A program made the translations under genes and the position numbers. From Flavobacterium sp. (lineage in GTDB: Bacteria > Bacteroidota > Bacteroidia > Flavobacteriales > Flavobacteriaceae), in NCBI RefSeq assembly GCF_043773265.1, contig NZ_JAYVFH010000227.1, positions 2,626 through 66,625 on the forward strand: DNA of 64,000 bases, in the 5' to 3' direction. Every line of letters starts with the position of its first letter. The stretch's first letter is position 1. The notes under the pieces are model-generated. The model was given only the letters and a program-made list of their open reading frames with translations. It was not told where the DNA came from and did no database searches. Below are positions 29,506-39,033 of the stretch, piece after piece.

Positions 29506-30849
29506 ATGAATAGAAATACACATTCCAACAATTTACTTTTAAATCTTGGTATTGAAAGTTTAAACGAAATGCAAGAAATGGCACAAGATGCTATTTTAAA
29601 TGATGCCAATGTTTTATTGCTTTCGCCAACTGGTTCGGGCAAAACACTAGCTTTTTTACTTCCAATATTTGAAATGTTGCAGCCAGAAATTGCTGGAGTT
29701 CAATGTTTAATATTAGTTCCGTCAAGAGAATTGGGTTTGCAAATTGAACAAGTTTGGAAAAAAATGGGAACAGATTACAAGGTAAATGTTTGCTATGGTG
29801 GACATTCTATTGATACCGAAATTAAAAATTTGTCTAATCCACCAGCAGTTTTAATTGGAACTCCAGGACGAATTGCCGATCATATTGATAGAGCAACTTT
29901 TAAAACTGATAAAATTGAAACCTTAATTCTTGATGAATTTGATAAATCATTGCAACTTGGTTTTCATGAGCAAATGACTTATATCATTGGAAGATTAACC
30001 AAATTGAATAAACGTGTTTTGGTATCAGCAACTTCAGATATTGAAATTCCTAAATATACACGAGTTGTTAATCCAACCATTTTAGATTTTATTCCAACAG
30101 AAGAAGAAAATTCTAATCTTTCTTTAAAAATGGTAGTTTCTAAAGAAAAAGATAAAATAAATTCACTTTTTAATTTGTTATGCTCTTTAAAATCGCAATC
30201 GGCAATTGTTTTTTGCAATCATCGTGATGCTGCAGAACGCATTAGTGATACCTTAAACGAAAAAGGAATTTATTCAACTTATTATCACGGTGGAATGGAT
30301 CAAGATGAACGTGAACGTGCTTTAATTCAATTTAGAAACGGAAGTGTAAGTTATTTAGTCACAACAGATTTGGCTGCTAGAGGTTTGGATATTCCAGAAA
30401 TGAAACACGTAATTCATTATCATTTACCATCTAAGGAAGACGAATTTACACATAGAAATGGAAGAACTGCTAGAATGTTAGCATCTGGAACTGCTTATAT
30501 CATTGCTCATGAAAGTGAGAAAAAAATGGACTATTTGGATTATAAAATGCCAGTTTTAAATGTTGAAAATGCAACCACTTTACCAAAACCACCTGAATTT
30601 CAAACTATTTATATCAGTGGTGGAAAGAAAAATAAGCTAAACAAAATAGATATAGTAGGTTTCTTTTCTCAAAAAGGAAAACTAGAAAAAGGTGATTTGG
30701 GTTTGATAGAAGTAAAAGATTTCATCTCGTTTGCAGCTGTAAAATTCAATAAAACAAAAGATTTATTAAATAATATTCGCGACGAAAAAATGAAAGGGAA
30801 GAAATTTAAAATTGAAGTAGCGCGAAAAGTTGTTAAGAAAGAGGAGTAA
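29506..30849 (+). CDS. DEAD-box RNA helicase with DbpA-type C-terminal RNA-binding domain
   Basis: SPTGSGKT, DEFD, SAT, HRNGRTAR; C-terminal ISGGKKNKLNKIDIVG...KMKGKKFKI. Confidence 0.93.
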   Translation: MNRNTHSNNLLLNLGIESLNEMQEMAQDAILNDANVLLLSPTGSGKTLAFLLPIFEMLQPEIAGVQCLILVPSRELGLQIEQVWKKMGTDYKVNVCYGGHSIDTEIKNLSNPPAVLIGTPGRIADHIDRATFKTDKIETLILDEFDKSLQLGFHEQMTYIIGRLTKLNKRVLVSATSDIEIPKYTRVVNPTILDFIPTEEENSNLSLKMVVSKEKDKINSLFNLLCSLKSQSAIVFCNHRDAAERISDTLNEKGIYSTYYHGGMDQDERERALIQFRNGSVSYLVTTDLAARGLDIPEMKHVIHYHLPSKEDEFTHRNGRTARMLASGTAYIIAHESEKKMDYLDYKMPVLNVENATTLPKPPEFQTIYISGGKKNKLNKIDIVGFFSQKGKLEKGDLGLIEVKDFISFAAVKFNKTKDLLNNIRDEKMKGKKFKIEVARKVVKKEE

Positions 30850-30854
30850 TAGAA

Positions 30855-30918
30855 TCACAGTTGGCCGTCACAGTTTTGAGCTTATATTTATGAAAACTGT
30901 GACTGAGACTGAAAAACT
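30855..30918. repeat. Palindrome with degenerate hexamer repeats, probable terminator
   Basis: GTCACAGTTTT 30867-30877 / AAAACTGTGAC 30893-30903, followed by actgtg-actgag-actgaa. Confidence 0.6.
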
Positions 30919-31250
30919 AAATCGAGATTCATTACCACATAAAAGTCCACATTTAGAATCGGTACGTTTATTTTCATTGATATAATTAACATATTTCTGT
31001 TCTTTTTTTACTTTTTTTGCATTAAAAATGTATTTTATCGATTTAATTAACACTTTATCGACATTAAAAAAATAAATAAAAGTTAATGTGTAATTTTAAA
31101 TACTCAATCTTAAAAAAACAACTTAATCTAATAGTCATTCAAAAGACTACAAATTATTAATAGATTATTGTTTGTTATATTTCTCCCTAAAATTTACATG
31201 TTTATCCTTAATGACGTGGTATTTTATTAATTATTAAATACTTAAACATT

Positions 31251-31751
31251 ATGAAAGCAAAATTTTCAATGCTCGCAATTATTATTTTTATGTTTTTCGT
31301 TTCTTGTGATTCTTCATCAATTGATGAAACTGAACTCTTAAGTGTACAAGCAAAAACAGCAGTTGAAAGGAATATTTCCAATTCATTTGAGGGTACAGAC
31401 ACTCCTACAGGTTCAATAGGCGGAGGTATTATGACTCATCTTGGAAGATTTCAAGCAGTTCAGACGGCAACCTTGTTGCAAAATAATGGAGATGGTACTT
31501 TTAACTATGCCTCTAATGACATCATTACTGCAGCTAACGGAGATATGTTATATTCTCAATCAACAGTTCTTTTAACTTTTAGCTCTGCATTAGAAGCCAC
31601 CTATGTTGGAGGTTTTACTATAACAGGAGGTACAGGAAGATTCGTTGGAGCAACAGGATATTTATCTTTTACAAATGGTGTGTATATTATTAATGGAGAT
31701 ACTGGAATTGGCGCATCTAGACATAATGCGTTTGGAATGATTACATATTAA
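31251..31751 (+). CDS. Hypothetical lipoprotein with dirigent/allene-oxide-cyclase-like motif
   Basis: Lipobox FVSC; AANGD.L and ITGGTGRFVGATG motifs. Confidence 0.7.
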   Translation: MKAKFSMLAIIIFMFFVSCDSSSIDETELLSVQAKTAVERNISNSFEGTDTPTGSIGGGIMTHLGRFQAVQTATLLQNNGDGTFNYASNDIITAANGDMLYSQSTVLLTFSSALEATYVGGFTITGGTGRFVGATGYLSFTNGVYIINGDTGIGASRHNAFGMITY

Positions 31752-31809
31752 TTCTGAAATTTGGTTTTAAATTCTGAAAATTAAGAAAACAAACAAGTCT
31801 GTTGACAGG

Positions 31810-31858
31810 TAAATTTCACAGATTTTATAAATTATTATTTGTAAATCTGTGAAATTTA
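31810..31858. repeat. CACAGATT...AATCTGTG palindromic repeat, copy 2, probable terminator
   Basis: 16-bp perfect arms TAAATTTCACAGATTT / AAATCTGTGAAATTTA between convergent genes. Confidence 0.7.
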
Positions 31859-31864
31859 TGTTGA

Positions 31865-32317
31865 TTATATCTTTACAGAATCTGGAACTAAAACTGTATA
31901 ATCGCCTCCGTTTCTAATAACATCTCTTACAATGCTTGATGAAATATAGGATGTTTTGGAAGCTGTTAATAAAAAAACAGTTTCAATTTTAGACAATCTT
32001 CTGTTGGTGTGTGCTATTGCTTTTTCAAATTCAAAATCGGCTGGATTTCTTAGACCACGAAGAATAAATTCGGCTTTTTCTTTTCGGCATAAGTCTATCG
32101 TTAAACCTACATAAGTAATTACTTTTACTTTTGGTTCGTCTTTAAAAGCTTGTTCAATAAAGCGTTTTCTGTCTTCTTGTGAAAACATATATTTTTTTTC
32201 AGAATTCACTCCAATAGCAACAATAACTTCATCAAATAGAGAAATTCCTCTTTTAATAATATCATAATGTCCATTGGTTATAGGATCAAATGAGCCAGGA
32301 AATATTGCTTTTTTCAT
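31865..32317 (-). CDS. coaD: Pantetheine-phosphate adenylyltransferase
   Basis: FPGSFDPITNGH, RGLR...DFEFE, ISSSIVR. Confidence 0.97.
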   Translation of the reverse strand: MKKAIFPGSFDPITNGHYDIIKRGISLFDEVIVAIGVNSEKKYMFSQEDRKRFIEQAFKDEPKVKVITYVGLTIDLCRKEKAEFILRGLRNPADFEFEKAIAHTNRRLSKIETVFLLTASKTSYISSSIVRDVIRNGGDYTVLVPDSVKI

Positions 32318-32712
32318 TATTTTCGGTCTATTGAATAAATGATTCCTTTGTTAAATAATTTTTCTAAATCTTTTTGAGTGGTAACAGCTCTATCTAAGGT
32401 GTAATTTCTATCGATATCTATTTCATCAATTTTATCTGACATATCAATTTCATAATCATTGTTGGTTATATAAATACTGTCTTTATTAACTTGGCCAACT
32501 CTAATAGTACTAAAATGACCATTATCTAATTCAACTGAATATACATCACCTTTTTGAGGATTGGCGATATAGGTTTTTTCTTTATCTTTTCTATAATTAT
32601 AATAAAGAGCTCCAAATGCCATTAAACCTGCAATAGATAATATAATATAAAGTACAATTAAAGGTTTACTTAGCCCTTTTTTTTCTTTTTCTATTTGAAA
32701 TTTAGAATCCAT
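32317..32712 (-). CDS. Single-TM membrane protein, paralog 3 lacking the zinc ribbon
   Basis: TM plus YIANPQKGDVYS...IYSIDR domain similar to the two upstream ORFs. Confidence 0.75.
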   Translation of the reverse strand: MDSKFQIEKEKKGLSKPLIVLYIILSIAGLMAFGALYYNYRKDKEKTYIANPQKGDVYSVELDNGHFSTIRVGQVNKDSIYITNNDYEIDMSDKIDEIDIDRNYTLDRAVTTQKDLEKLFNKGIIYSIDRK

Positions 32713-32768
32713 TATTGATGTTTTTTTTATTTTTTAAGGTAAAAATATTACATTTCATTAAATCTTGA

Positions 32769-33380
32769 TTATTCTCTATCTATTGAATAGATTGTTTCTT
32801 TTTTATACAATTCTTGCAGATTTTTTTGTGTAGTAACATCTTTTTCAATAGTATAGTTTTTATCAACATCAATTTTACTAATTCCTGTTGATTGATCAGT
32901 TAGATAGTCGTTGTAAGTAAAATATATAGAATCTTTGGTAACTTTATCAACTCTCATGGTTGTAAAATTTCCGTCGTCGGCTTTTATACTATAAACATCA
33001 CCAGCTTTTGGGTTTTTAATATAAGTTTGCTCTTTATCTTTAGTTTGACCAGAAACATAAAATGCAATTGCAACCAATGCTGCAATAACAAACAATCCAG
33101 AGAACATCCAGATTGGAGTTTTTAATCCGCTTTTTTCTTTTTCTCTATCTAGTTTTGTTTTTATTTGCTCTGACAAATCTTTATATTCATAAGTTTTTTT
33201 GCAATGATTACATTCTGCAACGGTAACTTTACTCATTGGAAATATTGGTATCCAATAAATGTAAGCATATTTTCCGAAGACGCTATATGTCATTGATGTG
33301 TTAGTTTTACATTCTGGACAATCTACATTTATGAGTTGTCCGTTTAATAAATTACTAGCTTTTGTTCCGTAAAAAATCAT
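32769..33380 (-). CDS. Zinc-ribbon domain membrane protein, paralog 2
   Basis: CPEC...YWIPIFP...CNHC, TM, YIKNPKAGDVYS domain. Confidence 0.85.
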   Translation of the reverse strand: MIFYGTKASNLLNGQLINVDCPECKTNTSMTYSVFGKYAYIYWIPIFPMSKVTVAECNHCKKTYEYKDLSEQIKTKLDREKEKSGLKTPIWMFSGLFVIAALVAIAFYVSGQTKDKEQTYIKNPKAGDVYSIKADDGNFTTMRVDKVTKDSIYFTYNDYLTDQSTGISKIDVDKNYTIEKDVTTQKNLQELYKKETIYSIDRE

Positions 33381-33397
33381 AGTTTTGTTGGTTTTGG

Positions 33398-34006
33398 TTA
33401 ATTTCTAATTATTGAAATGATTTTATCATCCTTATAAAATTTTAAAAGTTCAAATTTAGAATAAATTATTTTGTTTTTTGTGTAATTTTTGGTTTTGTTA
33501 ATTTCATCAATATCATAAGGTAAATCTACTTGAAAATCGTTTTCAGTTGCAAAAATACTGTCGTTTGAAATTGCATCAATTCTTAATGTATAATAATAAC
33601 CTTTTGAATCTTTTATAGCATAAACATCATTAACCATTGGTTTTTTAATGTAAATTTCAGTTTCATTATTGTTTTTATAATAATTAAAAATACCGTAAAT
33701 AATTGCTAAAATTATTATAAAGCTACCAAAAAACATCCAAATTGGATTTTTTAGATTATTGTTTTCAACATATAATTTTGAAATTGTTTTATCATCTAAG
33801 CTATTAATTTCGATAATATTGTTACAACTTTCACATGTTACAACAGCTTCTTTTCCAACAGGAAATAAGGGAATTAAAGTTAAATGTGTATATCTTGAAT
33901 AAACAGAATAATGTAATGTTGAATTGATTTTGCAATTAGGACAATTAACATTTGATATATTTCCATTTTTAATAATTTTGGAATTTGTTCCAATTAAAAC
34001 TATCAT
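33398..34006 (-). CDS. Zinc-ribbon domain membrane protein, paralog 1
   Basis: CPNC...LIPLFP...CESC, TM, YIKKPMVNDVYA domain. Confidence 0.85.
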   Translation of the reverse strand: MIVLIGTNSKIIKNGNISNVNCPNCKINSTLHYSVYSRYTHLTLIPLFPVGKEAVVTCESCNNIIEINSLDDKTISKLYVENNNLKNPIWMFFGSFIIILAIIYGIFNYYKNNNETEIYIKKPMVNDVYAIKDSKGYYYTLRIDAISNDSIFATENDFQVDLPYDIDEINKTKNYTKNKIIYSKFELLKFYKDDKIISIIRN

Positions 34007-34010
34007 AGTT

Positions 34011-37000
34011 TTATTTTATTTCTCTGTTAATATATATCCATCCAGTTACAGATGGTTCAACAGTATCAAAATCTATTAAATAGTAATATGTTCCGTCTGG
34101 TAATTCTTTTCCAGAATTTGATTGACCAATCCATTGAGTTGAATAATTATCTTTTGAATAAACTTTCATACCATATCTATTAAAAATAGTCAATTTTTTT
34201 ACATCTAATAATTCTAAATCGAAAAATTCATTTAGGTTGTCACCATTTGGAGAAATACCTTTTTGAATATCACAATATATTTTTGCAACAGAAAGATTTT
34301 GAGATTTATAACAACCATTAGGTAATAAAACAGTAACATTAAAAGATAATGGTAAATTTACAATTATTGAATTTGAATTAATATAATCAGTTACATTTAG
34401 AATTGAATTGTTTGAATTTACTATAACATTACTATTTTCTTCCCAAGTATAAAAAGCTGTACTGGCATCAAATGAATTACCAATTGGAACTACTTCTAGC
34501 GTGAATTTTTTATCAACACAATCTTGAATTATTGTAAAATTAAAATCTTCAAATACAGTAACGCTTAATGATGGAGGTAAAAGACTACATTCTCCTGCAT
34601 TTGGTGTGAATATATAATCTCCAGTCAAAGTATTGCTTACAGTTGTTGGTGACCAAGTTCCAGAAATTCCGTTTAACGATATTGAAGGAAGAGTAGGAAC
34701 AATTCCACCAAAACATATTGGAGCAATTGGATCAAATGTTGGAGTAATTTTTGGATTCACAACAATTTGCAAGGTTGTAGTCGAGGCACAAAGTCCTGTG
34801 GTTGGTGTAAATAAATAAGTTGTAGTAGTTAAATTATTTAAAGCTGGTGACCAAGTTCCAGTAATTCCATTATTGGATGTGGTTGGTAATGCAGCCAAAA
34901 CTGTACCTTCACAAATTGGATTAACAGCAGAAAAAGTTGGAGTTACAATTGGAGTTACAATTATTGTTAAGGTTACTGTTGTTGCATCTTGACCAATTGC
35001 TGGTGTAAAGGTATAAGTTGTTGTAAGAGTGTTGTTTAGTGCTGGTGACCAAGTTCCAGTAATATTATTATTAGATGTTGTTGGCAAAGGAGATAAAATG
35101 GTTCCAGAACATATTGGTAAAACAGCAGTAAAAGTAGGAGTAATGGTAGTTGTTGATGAGTTAGTAATAATAGTTTGCGAAACTGTTGGTCCGCAAGGTG
35201 CGTTTATTTGAGCCAAAACAGTATAAGTTCCGTTAACTAAATTGTTAACAGTATTTGTAGATGATGATGAATTAATTGTTTGGCTTACAATTGTATTACT
35301 TGCATTTAACCAAGTATAAGTAATTAATGGAGTTGTAACTGTTGTTACAATAGTTGCAACTGCAGTTGAGTTATTTGGGCTTACTAAAGTTGAAGTTACA
35401 TTAATTGAAGAAGTTGTAGAACAAGATGAACTGTTTATTGCTATATAAATTCCACAAAAACCACTTCCAGTTACATACAATTCATTAGTTCCTGATTTTA
35501 ATTTTATATCAGTAATATATTTATTTGCTGTAGTTGAAGCAACTGGAATTGTTCCATTTGGTGTAAAACTAGTTCCATTAAAATTATAACATAAAATTGA
35601 ACCGTTTCCGCCAATGTAAATGTTATTACATTCGTCTACTGCAATTCCGCCTTGATATCTTGCTGTTAGCCCTAAAATTTGAATTTCGTTTATTCCTATT
35701 CCAGTATTTTTATTGTAAGCTTTTAAATTATAACCATCATAATAGAATAAAAAGTTATTATTTACTGCAAGAGCATTAAAACCATTTGATGAAGGATAGG
35801 AAAGTCCACTTCCAGGATAAATTTTATTTCCTAACTCTTCAAAAGTAGTATATCCAGTAGATGTAAACCAAGAATTACCATCGAAAGATGAATTTACTCT
35901 TAATAAAGCATTGCTTGTTTGAGTTTCAAATGAACTTGCATAAAGAAAATAAACAACGCCATTAGAATCAATTGTATGTGATACAATATCTTGACCAGCA
36001 GAACTTAATCCTGTAAAACTTTGAGGGTTGATTGATGCTGTTGTTGTATTTAGAATTCCTGCCGAAACATTACTTGTAGTTCCGCCTCCAAGACCAAAGA
36101 TAGTTCCATCACCGCAACTGTAACCCATATCCCAAATTTCTTCCCAAGCTGGATTTGCAAGACTTATAAAATTATCATAAATTCCAAATGCGTCAATTCT
36201 AATAATTTGCGTTCCATAATTAAATCCTTGACCAGTATAGGATTTTCCAGAAACTTTATCAACAATAAAATTGCTTGGGTAATTTATTACAGGATTTGAA
36301 AACCAATTTGCAGATGGTACTACTCCATCAAAAGTCCAAATTAAAGATCCAGTTGGTGAAAATTTAGAAATTAAAAATGGACCACTTCCGCCATAGGCAT
36401 AAAAGTTACCTGCATAATCATAATCAACATCATAAGCATAATTATTATTTGCAAATGAAATATTGATAACCCATGGATCAATTGTAATTTTTTGATTTTT
36501 ATCATATCCATTTGGAAAATTAAAAGAAATTATATTATTATCAAGTTTAAAATTAGATTCCAACTTTAAATCATTTTGAAAACTATTAGGAGCAAGCTCT
36601 GTTATGTCTATAATTGGTGTTTTAATTATTACATTTCCATTTTTAAGTATTAGTTTTTTAATATCGCCTGAATATTTAATTTTTACATCCTCTAAATTGG
36701 CGCCAGGATATAGAATTACATTATATTTTATTCCGTTTTCTTTTTCATTTGTAAAAACATATTCAATATCTATATTGTTATAAATATTTTTGTAGGTTAT
36801 CTTTTTAAAACAATCAGATTTATATTTTTCATCTCCAAATGAATGATAAAAAGTTTGTTTTTCATCAACAATAATTTCTGCATTTGGGTTTGAGTTTTCC
36901 CAATTTACTGAAACAAAATATTTTTTTGTTGCTTTTCTTTTAATTTTTTTTCCATGTTCAATTTTTTCAAACTCTTCATGACTCAATGGCTTCTTTTTTT

Positions 37001-37241
37001 GTAATAGATAAGTCAATCCTTGATTGCTAAAATAAACTTGCTCATCACTATTTACATAGCCATACAGAACTTCTTTATTATTGGGTAATATATTATTGAA
37101 TTGTCCATTGTTTTTAATAAAAACTCTATTCCCAAATATATCGCCACTCGCTACAAATCTATTTTGACTATTTCCTTGTAAAGTAATACATAATAATGCA
37201 AAAAGCAGAAGGTTTTTTAAGCTGATTAGTTTTATTTTCAT
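34011..37241 (-). CDS. Large secreted protein with T9SS type-B (gliding motility-associated) C-terminal domain
   Basis: Signal peptide; FIKNNGQ N-terminal domain ending IDPW; propeller-like region; Thr-rich repeats; ISPNGDNLNE...IFNRYG...W.G...LPDGTYYY...GWIYINR. Confidence 0.9.
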   Translation of the reverse strand: MKIKLISLKNLLLFALLCITLQGNSQNRFVASGDIFGNRVFIKNNGQFNNILPNNKEVLYGYVNSDEQVYFSNQGLTYLLQKKKPLSHEEFEKIEHGKKIKRKATKKYFVSVNWENSNPNAEIIVDEKQTFYHSFGDEKYKSDCFKKITYKNIYNNIDIEYVFTNEKENGIKYNVILYPGANLEDVKIKYSGDIKKLILKNGNVIIKTPIIDITELAPNSFQNDLKLESNFKLDNNIISFNFPNGYDKNQKITIDPWVINISFANNNYAYDVDYDYAGNFYAYGGSGPFLISKFSPTGSLIWTFDGVVPSANWFSNPVINYPSNFIVDKVSGKSYTGQGFNYGTQIIRIDAFGIYDNFISLANPAWEEIWDMGYSCGDGTIFGLGGGTTSNVSAGILNTTTASINPQSFTGLSSAGQDIVSHTIDSNGVVYFLYASSFETQTSNALLRVNSSFDGNSWFTSTGYTTFEELGNKIYPGSGLSYPSSNGFNALAVNNNFLFYYDGYNLKAYNKNTGIGINEIQILGLTARYQGGIAVDECNNIYIGGNGSILCYNFNGTSFTPNGTIPVASTTANKYITDIKLKSGTNELYVTGSGFCGIYIAINSSSCSTTSSINVTSTLVSPNNSTAVATIVTTVTTPLITYTWLNASNTIVSQTINSSSSTNTVNNLVNGTYTVLAQINAPCGPTVSQTIITNSSTTTITPTFTAVLPICSGTILSPLPTTSNNNITGTWSPALNNTLTTTYTFTPAIGQDATTVTLTIIVTPIVTPTFSAVNPICEGTVLAALPTTSNNGITGTWSPALNNLTTTTYLFTPTTGLCASTTTLQIVVNPKITPTFDPIAPICFGGIVPTLPSISLNGISGTWSPTTVSNTLTGDYIFTPNAGECSLLPPSLSVTVFEDFNFTIIQDCVDKKFTLEVVPIGNSFDASTAFYTWEENSNVIVNSNNSILNVTDYINSNSIIVNLPLSFNVTVLLPNGCYKSQNLSVAKIYCDIQKGISPNGDNLNEFFDLELLDVKKLTIFNRYGMKVYSKDNYSTQWIGQSNSGKELPDGTYYYLIDFDTVEPSVTGWIYINREIK
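34570..35143 (-). repeat. Three 198-bp (66-aa) intragenic tandem repeats
   Basis: GACCAAGTTCCAG at 34651, 34849, 35047; unit TPTF...PIC.G...LPT.S.N.I.GTWSP...Y.FTP. Confidence 0.85.
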
Positions 37242-37315
37242 AATATGTTATTTAGTTTAAAAATTAATTTATTAAAAAAATAATCAATTAAACTAAAGCC
37301 ATAATTGAGTATATT

Positions 37316-38302
37316 TTACTTCTTCCAAATAGGTTTTCTTTGTAAAGCTAAACTAATTTCGTTATTTAACAAATTAATCATAGGTATTTTCGCATAAGTA
37401 GCTTGTTGCGGAAAAATGCTTTGTGGAGATAATCCTGGGTTAGTATTTATCTCTATGAAATGTGGAATATCATTCATAATAATAAAATCGGTTCTCGAAA
37501 AGCCGCTCATACCAAGTGATTCATATACTTTTTTGGCGGTTTCAATTACATGATTTTCAATATCTAATGGTAAATCTGCAGGAGTAATTTCTTTAGATTT
37601 TCCTAAATATTTAGCTTCATAATCAAAAAAATCATTTTCACTTAAAATTTCAGTAATACCAAGAACTTTTGTTTCACCTTCATATTTTATTACCGCAACA
37701 GATACTTCTCTTCCTTTTAAAAAAGATTCAATTAAAATATCATTATCTTCAGCAAAGGCAAATTCAATTGCTTTATCTAGTTGGTCTAACGAATTTACTT
37801 TAGACACACCAAGCGAACTTCCTGATTGATTAGGTTTTACAAAAAATGGTAAGCCAAGTTCTAATACGATTTTGTCACCATCAATAACATCACCTTTAGA
37901 TAAATAAATAGAATTAGCTTTAGGAATATTAAATTTAGATAAAACTGAAAGTGTATCTCGTTTATTAAAAGTCAAACTCGACTGATAAAAACTACAACCT
38001 GTGTATGGTAATTCTAATAATTCCCAATATGCTTGCAAATGTCCATCTTCTCCTGGTGTTCCGTGAACTGTGTTTACAGCAACATCAAATTTTATTGTTT
38101 GATTGTCTTTTTTAAATGAAAAATCGGCTTTGTTAATAGGATATTTTATTTCATCAATTAAACAATACCAATCATTGAGAAGAATGTGTACTTCAAATGC
38201 ATCATATTTACTTTTATCAATATGATTTAGAATTAATTGACCACTACGTAAAGATATTACAGACTCATCTGAATATCCACCCATAACTACTGCTACGTTC
38301 AT
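37316..38302 (-). CDS. ddl: D-alanine--D-alanine ligase
   Basis: MGGYSDE..ISL.SG, HGTPGEDG, GSSLGV, YEAKY, EINTNPG; start 38302. Confidence 0.96.
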   Translation of the reverse strand: MNVAVVMGGYSDESVISLRSGQLILNHIDKSKYDAFEVHILLNDWYCLIDEIKYPINKADFSFKKDNQTIKFDVAVNTVHGTPGEDGHLQAYWELLELPYTGCSFYQSSLTFNKRDTLSVLSKFNIPKANSIYLSKGDVIDGDKIVLELGLPFFVKPNQSGSSLGVSKVNSLDQLDKAIEFAFAEDNDILIESFLKGREVSVAVIKYEGETKVLGITEILSENDFFDYEAKYLGKSKEITPADLPLDIENHVIETAKKVYESLGMSGFSRTDFIIMNDIPHFIEINTNPGLSPQSIFPQQATYAKIPMINLLNNEISLALQRKPIWKK

Positions 38303-38385
38303 TGAAGATATAATTTTAATTACTATACAAAAATAGCACAATTGTTGAAACTAAAAATTATATCTTTGCGATAAATACTTTTTTT

Positions 38386-39033
38386 ATGAGTTTTGGTAAA
38401 TACATTACAAGTCGTGTCTTTTTTGCTCAAATATTGGCAGCAATTTCAATATTAGCTGTTTTGGCTTTTATATTTTTTCATTGGATAACTTTTATCACAA
38501 ATCATGGTGACGAAATTACTGTTCCCAATTTAGGAAAAATGAGTGAAGACCAAGTTGATGACAAGCTTAACCAATTGGGTTTAGATTATCAAATAATTGA
38601 TACTGTAGACTATAAACCCGAATTTCCTAAAATGGGAGTTGTGCAACAAGATCCAAGTTCTGGTTCTAAAGTAAAAGCAGGTAGAATAATTTACCTAACA
38701 ATTAATGCATCTACTTATAAAATGGTGAGTGTTCCAGATTTAATTGAGAAAACTTATCGACAAGCTGTTCCTACATTAAAAGCAATAGGATTGTTGGAAG
38801 GCGAAGTTAGATATGTTCCTTATTTAGGAAAAGATATGGTTCTTGAAATGTGGATTAATGGAAAAAAAATAAAACCAGGAATGAAAGTTTTAAAGAAAAC
38901 TAAAGTTGATTTAGTTCTTGGTGATGGAGAAGTAATATTTGACGATTCTGAAGTTGATAGTATTGTAAATGTTGCCAATAAAATTGAAAGAGAATTAGAA
39001 AAACAAAATGATACAATAAAAAATGCAGAATAA
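38386..39033 (+). CDS. PASTA domain protein
   Basis: N-terminal TM; VPNL, QDPSSG..VK, VPDL repeats. Confidence 0.88.
   Translation: MSFGKYITSRVFFAQILAAISILAVLAFIFFHWITFITNHGDEITVPNLGKMSEDQVDDKLNQLGLDYQIIDTVDYKPEFPKMGVVQQDPSSGSKVKAGRIIYLTINASTYKMVSVPDLIEKTYRQAVPTLKAIGLLEGEVRYVPYLGKDMVLEMWINGKKIKPGMKVLKKTKVDLVLGDGEVIFDDSEVDSIVNVANKIERELEKQNDTIKNAE

Noticed and set aside
30868-31053. 61-aa minus-strand ORF in the helicase-lipoprotein gap
   Set aside because: Non-ATG start, AT-biased composition, and it runs through the repeat hairpin.
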